From a virus (taxonomy: Duplodnaviria > Caudoviricetes): a stretch of 61,861 nt of DNA. Positions 37,775 to 52,500 of this stretch are shown piece after piece (within the stretch, counting starts at the first letter, position 1; each line of letters opens with the position of its first letter). The notes under the pieces are model-generated. The model was given only the letters and a program-made list of their open reading frames with translations. It searched no databases and was not told where the DNA came from. Made by a program: the position numbers and the translations under genes. Location: IMG/VR virus record IMGVR_UViG_3300042472_000345, positions 1-61,861 of that record; one strand, written 5' to 3'.

Positions 37775-40540
37775 ATGGCTTCATGGACTGATAAAACCCC
37801 AACCTTTAATCCCTATATACAGCAATTACCTGTTGAGGCAATGGTTGAGGTTGGAGTACAAAAACAAAAACAGTATGAGGAGGGTGTACAAAAGATTCAA
37901 ACAAGTATTGATAACATTGCTGGACTAGATGTTGTTAGAGATGTGGATAAAGCTTATCTACAATCTAAGATAAACAAGTTAGGTAATGATTTAAGATATG
38001 TAGCTGCTGGAGACTTCTCAAACTTTCAGCTTGTCAATTCTGTATCAGGAATGACAACTCAAATTATTGGTGATCCCAATGTACAAAATGCTGTTGGTTC
38101 TGCTGCAAAATACAGAAAGGAAGTTGCATTAATGGAAGAGGAGAAAAAGAAAGGAACTTTAACTCCTGACAATAAATACGTATTTGATAAACAAGCAGGC
38201 GAATGGTTGAATGATTCTACAATAGGTAAATCATTCAATGCTTCATACACTCCATACTTTGATGTATTTAAATTCACAAAAGAAACATTTGATGCAGTGA
38301 AACCTGATGGTTATTCTTATGATCAAATCTTTGAAACTGATGCAGCTGGTAACCCTAGAGTTGATGCTAAAGGAAATCCTATACTAAGTACAACAATGGT
38401 TCGCTTAGAGAAAGAAGGAATCTTTCCAGATAAAGTAAAAGCAACTTTAGATCAAGTGTTTTCAGATCCTCGTGTTGGACAACAATTAAATATTTCTGGA
38501 CAATACAATTATAGAGGACTTGATTCTAAAGCTCTTGAAGAGAAAATATCTTTGCAAAGAGATGATACAATGGCTGCTTATGCAGATAAACTTATGGATT
38601 TGAATTTGAAAAAATCTATGGGTGAAAAAGTAGATGATCAAATAAGTGAGTTACAATCTCAAATAAACAAAACCAGTAGTTCATATGATGAACTTGCTCA
38701 ACTATCTTATGACAATCCTGATGGAGTTAAAGGTATGCTTTACAAAGATGATGTAAGTTCTAAGTATACAACAATGTTTGGTTGGAATAAAACTAAACAA
38801 CAAACATTAGATAATCCTGCATGGAAGGCTGAGTTTGATATGCAGAAAGAAAGAAACGAACAAACTCGATGGGCAAGTGAACAAGCATATAAAAGAGGAA
38901 GAGATCAGATTGACGATGCTAAATGGCAATTAAAATTTGATCAAGATGAACGTCTTGCTAACTTAAAAGGTAAACCTAAAGCAGGTACTGCTGGTGGAGG
39001 TGCTGGAGGTGCTGGTGATGGTGGAGATGCAACTTTTGAATCTGCAGAAAAAAATAGAAATGAAATTCAGTTTCATGATACACAAATGCAAATGGCTTCA
39101 AATGATTATGCCAATGCATCAGATTCATTTATGTGGGAAACTATGTTTAGTAAAATTCCTAGCAATGTCACTAAATATAATAAATTAGTAGATGAAGGAA
39201 TGGATCCTGATAAAGCTATCTCTTTAATGATAAACAATGCTGCTAAAAAATCTGGTCAAGATCCAGAGGCATATAAAACAACATGGTTAAATAGAGCTAC
39301 ACAAGAGTATCAAAAATCAACTAACGCAAAACCATCTGTCAAAGATAGTTACATAGCTTATAAAAATTCAAAAAAATCATATGATGCTGTATTAGCTATT
39401 GATAACAATATAAAAAAACGAACTCGTGAATCTCTTGGAGAAGTTGCAAATGAGTTAGTTAATATGGATTTGAAACCTGAAACAATCAAGTGGAAAGATA
39501 AAACATATAATCTATCAAAAGAAGATATGTTTGATCTTGCAATTGCTACACAATCTCCTACAGCAAGAGAAGCATTAAGTGGATCTACAGAGGCAAAGCT
39601 TATGAGTTCTGAAGCAAATGCTGCTGTTGCTAGATTACAAAAAAGAGGTAAAGGAGAATTACTTAATGCATGGCAATCATATAACAATGGACAAGGTTCT
39701 ACTAAATTAGGAATGCTATCTGAGAACGATCAGCTTTGGGGTAATTTATTTTCTTTTAATGAGCCAGCTTTATTTGGAGGTGTAAGGAAAGTAAGTGAGA
39801 CTATTGCTAAAAAACAATACAAAGAAGGACTAAAAAAGAAAGCTGATGTAATAAGAGCTGCTTATGGTAAGTCTCCTAATAGATCATTTACTGTAGCAAC
39901 TGGAGATACTGAAACTGATAAAGCAACACTTGCTGATATAAAAGTAATAGCAGGTGGTTTTAAAGCTGCAGATCAAAATCTTTCTGGTGACTTTGATGAT
40001 TTCTATTCAAGCATTACTAGTAAGGAGGTTAAGGATATGACAGACCTTACTTTAGAATATAGAGTGACTACAAATGAAAGAGGTGAACCTGCAGTAGAAA
40101 TTATATCATATAGTCCAGATGGTAGAGCAGGAGGAATGACAGTGACTACTGATCAAGCTGCTAGATTAAATTTAGATGTTAATGGTATATACGAACCTCA
40201 AGATGTAATTACAGTTAGAAATGTAATAAATAATAATCCTCTTAGATCAACTTCAAAAGGTGATCCATTGGAAAAAAGTACATACATAAATGGAGATTCA
40301 TGGTTTGATAATGATGATCTTCCTAATATGCAAAATAGTAGATTTGAAGTTCAGTCTAATATTAAATACATCAATGGAAAATACTATTCATACTTATATG
40401 CAAAAGATCCATCTACAAATAAATCTATAATTAAAGAATTAGATGGAGATACAAATCTTCAAAATGTAATCATGAGTTTGAAAACAACAATAAATCCAAC
40501 ATCTGTTCAACTAGCTTTACTTCAAAACAATGCCAGATAA
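37775..40540 (+). CDS. large virion ejection/RNAP-associated protein
   Basis: 921 aa, helical; first of the three large genes typical of crAss-like virion RNAP loci. Confidence 0.6.
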   Translation: MASWTDKTPTFNPYIQQLPVEAMVEVGVQKQKQYEEGVQKIQTSIDNIAGLDVVRDVDKAYLQSKINKLGNDLRYVAAGDFSNFQLVNSVSGMTTQIIGDPNVQNAVGSAAKYRKEVALMEEEKKKGTLTPDNKYVFDKQAGEWLNDSTIGKSFNASYTPYFDVFKFTKETFDAVKPDGYSYDQIFETDAAGNPRVDAKGNPILSTTMVRLEKEGIFPDKVKATLDQVFSDPRVGQQLNISGQYNYRGLDSKALEEKISLQRDDTMAAYADKLMDLNLKKSMGEKVDDQISELQSQINKTSSSYDELAQLSYDNPDGVKGMLYKDDVSSKYTTMFGWNKTKQQTLDNPAWKAEFDMQKERNEQTRWASEQAYKRGRDQIDDAKWQLKFDQDERLANLKGKPKAGTAGGGAGGAGDGGDATFESAEKNRNEIQFHDTQMQMASNDYANASDSFMWETMFSKIPSNVTKYNKLVDEGMDPDKAISLMINNAAKKSGQDPEAYKTTWLNRATQEYQKSTNAKPSVKDSYIAYKNSKKSYDAVLAIDNNIKKRTRESLGEVANELVNMDLKPETIKWKDKTYNLSKEDMFDLAIATQSPTAREALSGSTEAKLMSSEANAAVARLQKRGKGELLNAWQSYNNGQGSTKLGMLSENDQLWGNLFSFNEPALFGGVRKVSETIAKKQYKEGLKKKADVIRAAYGKSPNRSFTVATGDTETDKATLADIKVIAGGFKAADQNLSGDFDDFYSSITSKEVKDMTDLTLEYRVTTNERGEPAVEIISYSPDGRAGGMTVTTDQAARLNLDVNGIYEPQDVITVRNVINNNPLRSTSKGDPLEKSTYINGDSWFDNDDLPNMQNSRFEVQSNIKYINGKYYSYLYAKDPSTNKSIIKELDGDTNLQNVIMSLKTTINPTSVQLALLQNNAR

Positions 40541-43500
40541 CAAGCCAAAAATAGTCAACCTGCGTGGTGTAGCACAAGGTCTACCAACAACTCCTGATGT
40601 GCCAACTCCAAACTCTGCTTTTGGAGGAGAGCCAAATAACAATAGATCTTTTGATGATATATGGAGAGCAGGATTAGCAGCCCCTAAAGAATTAGGAGTG
40701 GCACAGATTCCTCTATCTTCTATTTATAAAGGCAACAGATATAAAGAAACTCTTCCTGGTACTGACTATGAAGAGATGGCTGCACAACAACAGTCTGGAC
40801 TATCTAAGTTAGGAAATGCTACAGCTAAGTTTGCAGGAGTAGCAGGAACATCTTTTGTTTCTGGTACTGTAGGATTAGTAGCTGGTATTGGTACTGCTGT
40901 AAGAGATCAAAGATGGGCAGGACTAATTGATAATGATGTCACAAGAGGGATGGATGACATCATGAAAAATCTTGAAGATGAACTTCCTAACTATTACACA
41001 CATCAAGAACAAGATGCCTCATGGTATTCTCCTGATAACATTTTAACTGTAAACTTTTGGTCTGATAAAGTTTTAAAGAACTTAGGATATTCTGTAGGTG
41101 CTCTTGCAGGTGGAGTTGCTTGGGGAAGTGTGTTGCGTGGAATAGGTTTAACAAGTAAACTTGTTCAAGCAGGTAAAGGATTACAAGCTGCTACAGCTAT
41201 TGAAGAAGCAATGTCTGTTGCTCCTAAATTAGGAAAGTATGCAGCATTTGAGAATACATTAAACTCTCTTGCACAACAATATGTAAAATCTCCAGTATCA
41301 AGTGTACTTAAAAACTCAGATAGAATTCTAACTTCTGCAATGGGAACATTTGGAGAAGCTTCTATGGAAGGTCTTCAGTCAATGAACACTTTTAGAAATA
41401 AAGCTATTGAAGAATATAAAAGTGTATATGGTCTAGACCCTACAGGAGAAAGTCTTGAACAAATAAATGAGATGGCTGATAAGGTAGGTATGCATACTTG
41501 GGGAGCTAACTCATTATTATTAACTGCAACTAACTATATTCAGTTACCAAAAATATTAGGATCTTCTAGAAAGGCTGATAAAGCTTTGATTAATAAGATT
41601 GAACAAGAAACTCTTGGTGGTGGGTTTGTTCAGAATGTTCCAAAAACAGCTTTTGGTAGAATTACAAAAGGTGTTGGTAGTACAATGAAATCATTAGCTA
41701 CTGGTAAGGCCACAGTTTTATTTGCACCTTCAGAAGCATTTGAAGAGGGTATGCAAAGTGCTATTCAAACAGGTGTAACTAATTACTTTGAAAGAGCATA
41801 TAAAAATAGAAATGGTTCTAAAAAAATTCTTACAGATATAAGTGAGTCTTGGGGTAATATTTTTACAGAAGGTATCCCTGAAACCCTAACATCAAAAGAA
41901 GGACTTGAAAGCATTCTTATTGGTGGTTTATCAGGAGGTATTCAACAAGCTGGTTTTGTTGGAACATATAAAGATGAAAAAGGTAAAACTAGAATTGGGG
42001 TTGGTAAATCTGGACTGATTGCAGAGCAAGGATTGTTTGGTCTTGGTGGAGAAAGACAAGCAAACACAGAGGCAGCTTTAACAGCATTAAATAAAACTAA
42101 TGTTGATAAAGCATTGAAGGACCAACTCAAATTTATGGGTATTGGTATTGGCTCACAAAAACTTAGACAACAAGCAATTGCAAATAACGACTTACTTTCT
42201 GAGAAAGATTATGAGAAAGACTTTGCTCTTTCTTATGTTATGCCAAGAGCTAAATATGGAAAAATTGAATCAGTGAATGAAGAACTTGATTATTACAAAA
42301 ATCAAGCAATGGATGCTGATGGATTTAGACAATTGGTAACAGGTGGAATAGTTAATGAGAATGAAACTAGAGAAGACTTCATACAACGAATTGATAACTT
42401 ACAATCAGTAGCTAAGAATGTAGATAATTTATATTCTAAGCTAAATGATAAATATGGAGATAAGATTGTAGATGGACAAAGAGTTTATTCTGATGATGTT
42501 ATTGATAGATTAGTTTATGCTGCATCTAAGATCAAAGATTATGATTCACGTATTCCTGGAATAAATGGATTCTTATTAGAAAATAACATTATTACACAAG
42601 ACATAATCAAAGATGTTCTTGAGGATGATTCAGTTGATGTAGACAGTTATAAAGCTGCTCTTTCTACAATTGCTAACATGGATGTAGATAATGACACTAA
42701 GCAAGACTTGATACAAGATCTTAATGACTTAGCAGAGATAGCTGTAAGAAGAAAAGCATTCATTAATGAGTACAATGACATTCTTGCTAAACCTGAGAAC
42801 TACAAAGATGAACTTATAGAAAACACTCCAGATGATGAACCACAAGAATTATTAGCTCTTCCTGAAGGTAGAGGTGTTAATCCTGATGGCACTTCTGTTG
42901 AAGATATAGAAGGACAAGAAAATGTTCCTAGTGTAAACATCACTACAAAAGCAGGTATACGAAATATTAAACTTAACAAAGAATACTTCTTAGGAAGAAT
43001 TGTTGAGTATGATGCAAAAGGTAAAGAAGTTTATCGTGCTCCAATGCTAACAGTTCTTGGAGAGAACGAAGATGGTACTATTAAAATTAGAACTTCCAAT
43101 GGACGAATTAGAGATATCTCTAAAGAAGAATTTGAAGACTACAACCTTGTAGAGGTTGACAAAGCACAATCTAATAAGAAGCTTAACTACTATATGAAAC
43201 ATTGGAATACAGTGTTTGAACATTATGGTAGAAAAAATAAAGATGGATCACCTGCAAAAGGTCGTTTAGAATATAACGATAAAGACAGAACTCTAACACT
43301 TGTATATACAAGAGATGGTAAAGTTAAAAGAGAAGAATTCACAGGAGATCAAGTTGATGATGCATTAGCAAAAAAGAAAGGTTACAAACATCCATTAATA
43401 AAAGCTGTTGGTGAACTAACTGCTGAACAAATACAGGCTGAACAAGAATTCAATGAAGATGCTAAAACTGATCCACGTGTAACAGAAAAAAGACAAGAGC

Positions 43501-46500
43501 GTCTTAGAATTCTTAATGAGTTATTTGATGATCTTTCTAAAAGACAGGATAGCACAAAGAGTTTAATTGAGCAAAAACAAAAATCATTTGAAGCTATATC
43601 TGAAGAACTTGCTGAACTTCAAAAAGAAATTGAACAGAATGCTCAAGTAGATAATCGTTCTAAGAAAGCAATTCGTTTCAAAAAAGTAACTAAGAAAGCA
43701 TTGGATAACGCTATGAAGTTATCTAGAATGCAAACTCAACTTGAAGAAGAAGTTGAAAAACTTCAAAGTGATCTTCAAGAGATAGAATACAACATGGAGT
43801 ATGTTGCAGATGTTGCAAGTAATATTGATGAGTATTCTACAAACTTCTATGAGTTCAAAAATGAATTAGAGAATGAACTTCTTGATCTTGAAATGTTACA
43901 AGAGAAGACAGCTAAACAAATTAGCTTCATCTCAAAATTAATAGATGAGGTACAAAGAGCAATTGATTCTGCAATCAGTTTGCTTTCAGGATTGATTCAA
44001 GACTTTGAAAATAGATATCCAAATGTTCCTAGACTTATGGGACAAGACTGGGTAGACTTCTTAAAAGAAAATCCAAACTTCTTAAAGATAAAACCTAACT
44101 ATAGAGAAGAGTTACAGAACTTAGAAGATATTGTTTCAGTTATGGAGGATGGAGACATCACTCCTAATGAGAAACGTATTGAGGATTTGAAAGAGCACAT
44201 TGACATAATGGTTGGTCAGCTCAAAGATTTAAACAATGAGATAACAGCCAAAGGTTTAATTCTTGACAAATTTGAACAAGTTGCTGAGAAGTACAAACAA
44301 CAAAAAATCCAAGAAGATTTCTTAAAGAATAATCCAAAACTAACACAACAGTTGTTTGCAACACTGACAACTGATGTGCAAAACTTCTTTGGAACAAAAC
44401 AATACGAACCAGTAAGTAAGAAAAATGAATATGATGTAGTGGGAGGTTCAAGACCTGCTGCTGATGACAATATTCCTCATCAAGCTAGAGCTAATTACTT
44501 TGGTAATAAATTCCAAACATTCACTAACAAGAATCGATTGAAAGCGATGATTGTTACAGCTAAGACAGAAGATCAAATTATCCCTGGACTTACAGAAAGT
44601 TTCTTGAAAGATATTGCTGAAGGCACTAGAAAAGATACAGCCAGAAATGAAATCATCTATATGGTGATGGTTCAAGATAATGGTAATGGTGCACATAGTG
44701 TTGTAGGTCAAGATGGTCAACCTTTAGCTGAAGGTGCTAATAAGATTGATAATGCCATCTATCAAGTGTTTCCAGCTGAAACTCTTACAGGAGAATATGA
44801 TGGTAAGAAACAATCAATGTTTAGAGAAGGTACTCCTGAAAATATTGTAACATCATTTACACAACAATACAAACAATGGAGAACAGGGCAACTATCACAA
44901 GCAGTGTTAGGAGAGCCTCAAGCATTCACTCCTTCGTTTGGTTCACCAAAACTTGTCACTGTTAGAGATGTAGCAGGAAATGAAACAGTTGACAAAGGAG
45001 CAAGAACTTCAGCACAAGCTGCAGGACTAGTTACAAATTCAACACTAAGAAAGGAACCAGTAATTCAAGTAGCAGTAACAAATGATACTATCAAAGAAGG
45101 ATCTGTAGCTTTCAATACACCAAAAGGTAGAGTGTTTTTAAAAGTACCAGGAGTTGGTATGGCTAAACTATTCAATAGAAAGTTTAACGATAAAGAAGCA
45201 AATACAATATATGATGTAATTCTTCAAGTTTCTAAAAATGCTCTTGAGGATGGTGAATTAAAAGAAAGATCTAATGAATTGTTTGAATGGTTAAAATCAA
45301 CAATTTATTGGGGATTTGCTCATTATCCTGATGGAAAACCAAAACCATTTGGATATAACAATGTTTGGTTTGAGACAGTAACTGAAGATGGTAAACCTGT
45401 AACAAAATTATTTATTACAGGATTGACAAAAGATTCTAAACAAATGTTCAACTTCACTCCTTCTGAACTAGGGAGCCCAAGTACAAGAGCAGAAATTGTT
45501 GGTTTGTTGAAACAATTGTACAATAACACAAATAACTCAAAACTCAAAGGAGACAATTTTAATAATCCTTATTTCGAAATAACAGGAATTGATAAACAAG
45601 GAAATCCTATATATCAAAGATGGCCAAACTATCAAACATATTTATTGTCTGATAAAGCTCCAAACGAAAATGGAGAACTAACTATCACTAGAGAAGGTAA
45701 AGATCTTCCTTTGGCTACACAATATAAACCTGTTACAGAATCTAATCCTGTAAACAGAACTGGTATTTATTTTACACTTGACTCTACAGTTGATGATTAT
45801 GTAAAACCTAGTGCTCCTGTTGTAATGGAACAACCTGTACAACAACCTGTACAGAAAGTAGCTCCAGTTCAACAAGCTCAACCTGCGCAAGCAGCACAAC
45901 CAGCACAACCAGTTTCTACTCCTGCTCCTGTACAACCAACTGTACAACCTTCACCAACCACTTATAATTTAAATGGCCAAGCTGAAAATATTAAAGTATT
46001 TGGACGAGGTGCAGGACCTGTTAAGTTTAAAGCAAACTTAGAAGGTATTGTTGATTTCTTAAAAACTATTCCTAATCATTTGGAATTAATTAAAGATAAT
46101 GTAATATTACCTGCTAATGTTATACAATCTCTTAAGGCAGAAAAATTAATAGATATAACAGATCCAAGTAACGAAGATGCTATTTTCAGTATCAAAGGAG
46201 ACTTGTTGAATTCTGCAATTGATAGAGAACTTCCAGCATCAGAAACAACAGATGCTGTATTGTTTCCAAAGGCAGTGGGTATTGTTATACAAACTATCTT
46301 TAAAGATATAACTCCACAGATAACACAAAAGCTTGTTCCTGTTCAACCTGCTATACAAGATAGTGCTCCTACTGAAACTCCTACAGTTCAGACTTCTGAT
46401 ACAGAAGAAGTTCAAGAAGCTGAAGAAATTGAAGAAATTGAAGATGACTCAGAAGACTTTAATACACCATCTACAGGAAGAACAGATGAAACGTTTCGTT

Positions 46501-49500
46501 TAAAACTTGTACAAGAAGCTGAAGAGTTTCAACAAGAAGACTGGACTAGTCTAGAAAAAGATTATGCAAAAATGCTTCCTAATGTTCCATTCTATAGAGT
46601 GAAGAACATGATTCAAGCTACTAATGGAAGACAAGCTTGGGGTATGCTTCACAATGGTGCTGTTTATGTATATGAAAATGCTGAGGTGGGTACTGCTTAT
46701 CACGAGGTGTTTGAAGCTGTATGGAAAATGTTTGCTGGTCCTGCTGAGAAACAATTGATTATTGATGAGTTTAGAAACAGAGAAGGAAGTTATCAAGATA
46801 GATTCACAGGAGAACTTATTGAATATAAAAATGCAACAAACCAACAAATCAAAGAAGAACTTGCTGAACAATTTAGAGATGCTGTTCTTCAAGATAAGTT
46901 AGGAAAACCTGTCGCATCTAAAGGTTTAATTGGTAGACTATTCTCTGAACTGATTGAGTTTATTAAATCTTTCTTTACAGGAAAGAATGCTCAGAAGAAT
47001 ACACAAGAGTTATTTAATAAGATAGGTGATGGGTACTTTGCAAAATACAATCCTTACGAAAGTAAACTTGCTTATGCTAAAGTAGGAGTGATTGATATTG
47101 ATGACGTTGCTGCTGATGAAACATCAGAATTTAGATTGGAGAAAATACCAAGTGCTCAAGCACATGATATTATTCAACACATGACATACAGTACACTTTC
47201 CAATATTGTTGAAAATAAAGGAAATATATTTAACGTACAGAAAGAAAACAAACAAGAGTTATATACAAGACTTAGAAAAGAAGTATTGAATCTTATTAAG
47301 TTCAAGAGAGACCTACTTGTTCAATCTATCAACAAAGGTGAATTAGATGTTGCAACAGCCACTCGTGATATAAACAATCTTGCAACATTATTTGAAGATA
47401 TTAAATCAGAATGGAATCAGATAATTGAAAAACATCAAGAGCATTTGAAAACTTTCTCTATCGAGTTTGATGAGAATGATGATGTAAATGTAACTGATGA
47501 GAACAATTCTGGTAAAGCAGATTATATGGATGCTAGAAAGATTGATTCTTTCAGAAAAGCAAATAGTGTAATTAAACTTTTATTGGCTACACTTCCTAAA
47601 ATGGAATACAATAACAATTACGCTAATCCTATTCCACAACGTTCTTCTGTAGGAGGTATGATATTAATGCCTGCAGATGAAGTTTATGCTACCCTTGTAG
47701 ATAAACTACATAGCTCTGTGAACATTGATGACATGTTTGAAAGACTTAGAGTTCTTGCAAAAGGAAACTCTAACTATGCAAAATTATATACACGTATTAC
47801 AAACAGTCCTTTAGGAGAAGCTATTAACTTTAATAATCTTGAAGATTATAACTTACAGTTAATGAGTGCTTTCTGGAAAGCTGTTAAGAAACAAAATGCA
47901 GATGTTGTAACAGTGTTTGTTCTTCCTTCAGGAGAGATTGTAGTTAGTGATTCAACTCTTACATCAGCAGCTAAACAAGCTGCTCGTGAGATGATGGGTG
48001 GTATCTCTGAAAGAATTAGAGGTGACAAATCTCCATACATTTCTTACAACAGACAAACATTAAAATATAATCCTACATCAATGCTAACTAACAGAAGACT
48101 TAATCCTTCTGATATGTCTAGCTATGTTACATTCTTAAATAATTTAGGAATCAATTTTAAAGTTGCAGATTTAGAAAGTAAAACTAAATTAACACCAGAC
48201 AAACGTAAAATGTTTACAGAAGCTGTTGAAGGACTTCGTGACAGTTTAATTGCTGTAAAAGATATTTCTTCTATCACTTCAAAAACGTTAGACATTGATG
48301 GACGTTTGTTTGAATTAGGATTAGTTAAAGCTGTTCTTGAGAACACTTCATTTGAGACAACTTACTTTAACCTGAATGGTGAACGTACACAATCATATGT
48401 AGGGGTTAGTGCAATTAGTACGTTATACGATGTTCTTTCCAAACTAGAAAACATCAATGATTTAAATGATGTTGAAAGAGGATATTCGTCATTCAAACAT
48501 TTATTGACAGATGTCTTTACAAAAGATAGTAGTGTGATGCTACAAAGAATGTTTGATCTTGATCCAGATGGAGATGGTGGACGTAAAAAGAATACAGAAC
48601 AGTTTATGAAACCTGTATTCATTGATGGTACAGTTGACCAAGAAACAGGTAAGAAAAAAGAATCATCAAAACTTACATTTAAACAAAGACTTGTACAAGA
48701 GATCAACTTGAATCTTGATGGAATCTATTTGAACTTAGTTCCTGGAGATGCTTCTATTGAACATGCTATCAAGATGCATAATTCACAAACACCTTTTGTA
48801 ACTGAGGCATCTTTCTCAAGTGGAGACTATTTAGATATATTCAAGAACTACTTTATCTCTGAGGTTTTATTATCAAGAGATGGAAGAAAAGTTGTTGGAA
48901 ATAAAAATTCACAAGATTTACGTTTCTTCAAAGCTATCTTAGGAAACAGTTTGCATGATAAAATCATAAAAGGAAATCTTAAGAAGACACCACTAGAAAT
49001 TTATAATGCCAATAAAAATGATATCAATGCTGCTGTAAAACAATTTGTTGAAACACAAGCAAAAGATACAGAAGGATTATTGAAAAACTTTGGTGTAATC
49101 ACTTCAACTAAAGAAGAAGGATTAACTGCTAAAGGATTGTCACTTAATCAAAGAGGATTGACACAAGATATTCTTAATAAAAAACTCAAGATACTTTCTG
49201 TAAATTACATGATTGCTAATATTGAGATGCACAAACTTATCTACTCAGATCCTTATCAATATTCTGATGAGTTGAAACGTATCAAAAACTTCAACTCACC
49301 TAGACAAGCACTTGTGTATGGATCTACAAGAATAAATGTTTCATTCAATGATAAGTATAACAAAGGTTATAATTCAAAAGATATAGGATATACAGACATG
49401 ATGAAAGATTATTTCAGATCTACAGTCATCTCTGACGTATTCTCAACAAATGATCTTCCAGGATATGATGAACCATATGAAGAAACAGATGGTGGTGGTT

Positions 49501-52500
49501 ATATTTCATTGAAAGCCTATCGCATATTTGCTCTTCGTTCAGGAGAATGGAATAGTTCTAAAGAAGCACAATACAGATATGATATTGCTTATGAAAAATT
49601 TGTTAAAGGAATTGATTTAAGTCCTGAAGAAAAGAAATTTGAACTTAAAGAAATTACAGACAAAGAAGGCAATGTTAGAATTGTAGGAAAGAATCCTGGT
49701 GTAGCTAGTGTATACACTCCTATTAAACCTATTGTATCTGGAAGTAAAGCTGATGGCAAAAACTATAATGATATCGTATTAGACAAGTTTGCATTGGTTC
49801 CTCTTTCATTTAGAATTCTTCATGAGATGAATCCTAATTCAAATGCAATGAAGTTCTATGAGAAAATGGCATCAGATAAAGTAGATTATGCTGTTTACAA
49901 GTCAGGTAGAAAAGTTGGAGCTGGTATCACTACACCTTTATACAATACTAATGGTAGTTTCAATACTACACCATTTGCAGAAGTAAACAATATACCATTC
50001 AGTATAATGGGAGTACAATCTGAAGTTCCTTCTAAAGACACTCCATCAGTAACACAGGGTTCTCAGATTACAAAACTTGTAACCATGGACTTCTTAGAAG
50101 CTGGTGTGCCAATTGATTTTGATTCTCAGAATAAAGACTTCAATGATCGTTTTGTTAAATGGGAAGCAATCACTGATGAGAATGAGAGAATGGCACAGTC
50201 TGAGGTATACAGAATGATTAAAAACAATCAAAACTTATTACAAGAAAAAACTGAGGAAGGGTTTAAATCACTTCTTAAAAAACTTGGTATCTCTAAAAAT
50301 AACAAAGGTTTTGTTTTAGCAGATCCAAAGAAATTAATAAATGTATTAAAAGATGAGATTCTAAAAAGAGAAGTAAATGATAACATCACTGCTGCTCTTG
50401 CAGGATTTGAAAAAGGTAGTGTAGTTCTTGAAGCCACTCCTGCATATCAACAAATCAGAAACATTCTTTATTCTATTGCTGACAAGAATGTTGTACGTCC
50501 TAAGATATCAGGTGGATTGAAAGTTCAAATTCCTTCTACATTATTTGAAGGAACTAGAAAAGAAGCCAAACGAATCGTTAAAGAAGATGGTACAGAAACA
50601 TTAGCATACCAATCAGACTCTCTTAAGTTTTATTCTAAATCTAAAGATGGTAAGAAAATCAACGTGTGTGAAATCATGCTCCCTAGATGGTTTGAAAGCT
50701 CTATGTCTGACAAAGAACTTCTTAACTATTTGAATAATACAGATGAAGGTCAAAAGATATTATCAGGACTAGGTTATCGTATTCCTACACAGAAACAAAA
50801 CTCTATTGATAGTTTCATTATCAAAGGATTCCTTCCTGCTGATTTTAAAGATTCTGTTGTAGTTCCATCTGCTCTTGTTAAGAAAGTGGGATCTGACTTT
50901 GATATTGATAAACTTTCAATCTATTTGAAAAATGTTATCACTGATGAGAATGGAGAAATAAGATTGATCGAAAGAAAAGGAACTAAAGAACAAACTATTG
51001 AATACTACTCTAACTTATTTGACAAGTTAATAGATAGCGAACAACAATATGTACTAAGACAACTTGCTAAACTATCTAAAGAAGATGAATTAGATGTTGA
51101 TGCTGAACAACGTCTTATGGATCGACAAGAAAAGATCAATAAGAAAGAGTTAAATAAACAAGACTTCATAGATGGTATATACAAGAAAGTATTAGAGAAC
51201 GAATACATTCAATCTTTACAAGATCTTGTTGAGCATCCTTCAAACTTTGACAGTCTTATTAAACCTAACTCTGCAAAAGAATTAAAAGACCTTACAAAAG
51301 AAATCAATAAAGAACTTGGAATACCTGAAGTTGACTATTCATCTGTTGGTAACATGTTGAATAGAAAGTTCATGTCCACGTTACGTCAATCATTTGTATC
51401 TGGTAAGTATGCAATTGGTATTGCTGCTGTAGGTCAAACTAACCATGCTCAAAATCAACGTTCAGCAATGTATGTTGATATAGATAGATTAAGTCAAGTG
51501 GATGGAGTGGATAGAGAAATTTTAGGTGGTGATCCAAAATCAACCACTTATTCTACAAACCCTAACATTAACTTCAAAGAATACAACACTATATTAATAG
51601 ATGGTAGATTGAAACCAAATCTATCTATGATTAAGAATAAAGCTGGAGAAACTATATCAGATATCATAGGGATGTTTATTGATGGATATGTGGATATCTC
51701 TAAAGGTGCATGGATCATGGAGCTTGGAGCCACTCCTAACGTAGCTTCTACATGGTTGTTCTTAGCCAAAGTGGGTGTGCCTATTAAAACTGTAGGATAC
51801 TTCATGAATCAACCAATCATTAAAGATTACTTACGTTCTGTTGAGAACAAAGGGTACTCTTGGTTATTCATTGATTCTATTATACAAGAGAAACTAGATG
51901 AATATTCTCCTAGTAAAGAAATAGAAATTACAGGAATTCCTGCTGAAGAAGATTTATTTAAAACAATTAAATTTAATCAAGTAGGAGCAAAGGATAAAAT
52001 GGATGATTTCCAAAAAGCTCAACAACAATATATATTGAAAGAGTTTATCAAGTATGCTAAGATGTCTTCTCAATTGTTTGATGTAACACAAGGTTCTAAC
52101 TTTGATACAGCCACAATCAATGATCCATACTTAGTGTTTAAGAAAAGATTGCAATTGGAAAAAGCTCGTAAAACAATCATCTCTTCTGTAGATAAGTTGT
52201 TAGACAAATCATTTATTGGTCCTTTGAAAGATCTTATTTATGATTTCAGAGATGCATTTGCAGAGATTCTTATTTCTGATAAACCTAATGTAAGAAAAGT
52301 GATGGAAGATGTCCTCACTCCTTATGTAGGATTAAGTGACAGAGACTTTGTTAAAGTGTCTCAGAAAGCTGTTAATGATCTTTTTGACTGGGCTATGCAA
52401 ACTAATGATACAGTTAACATCAATGTTGCCAATATATTATTAGGAAGTGACACAAGAGAAAATACTGCTCAACAAATCATAAACCTCAGAGATTCCATAT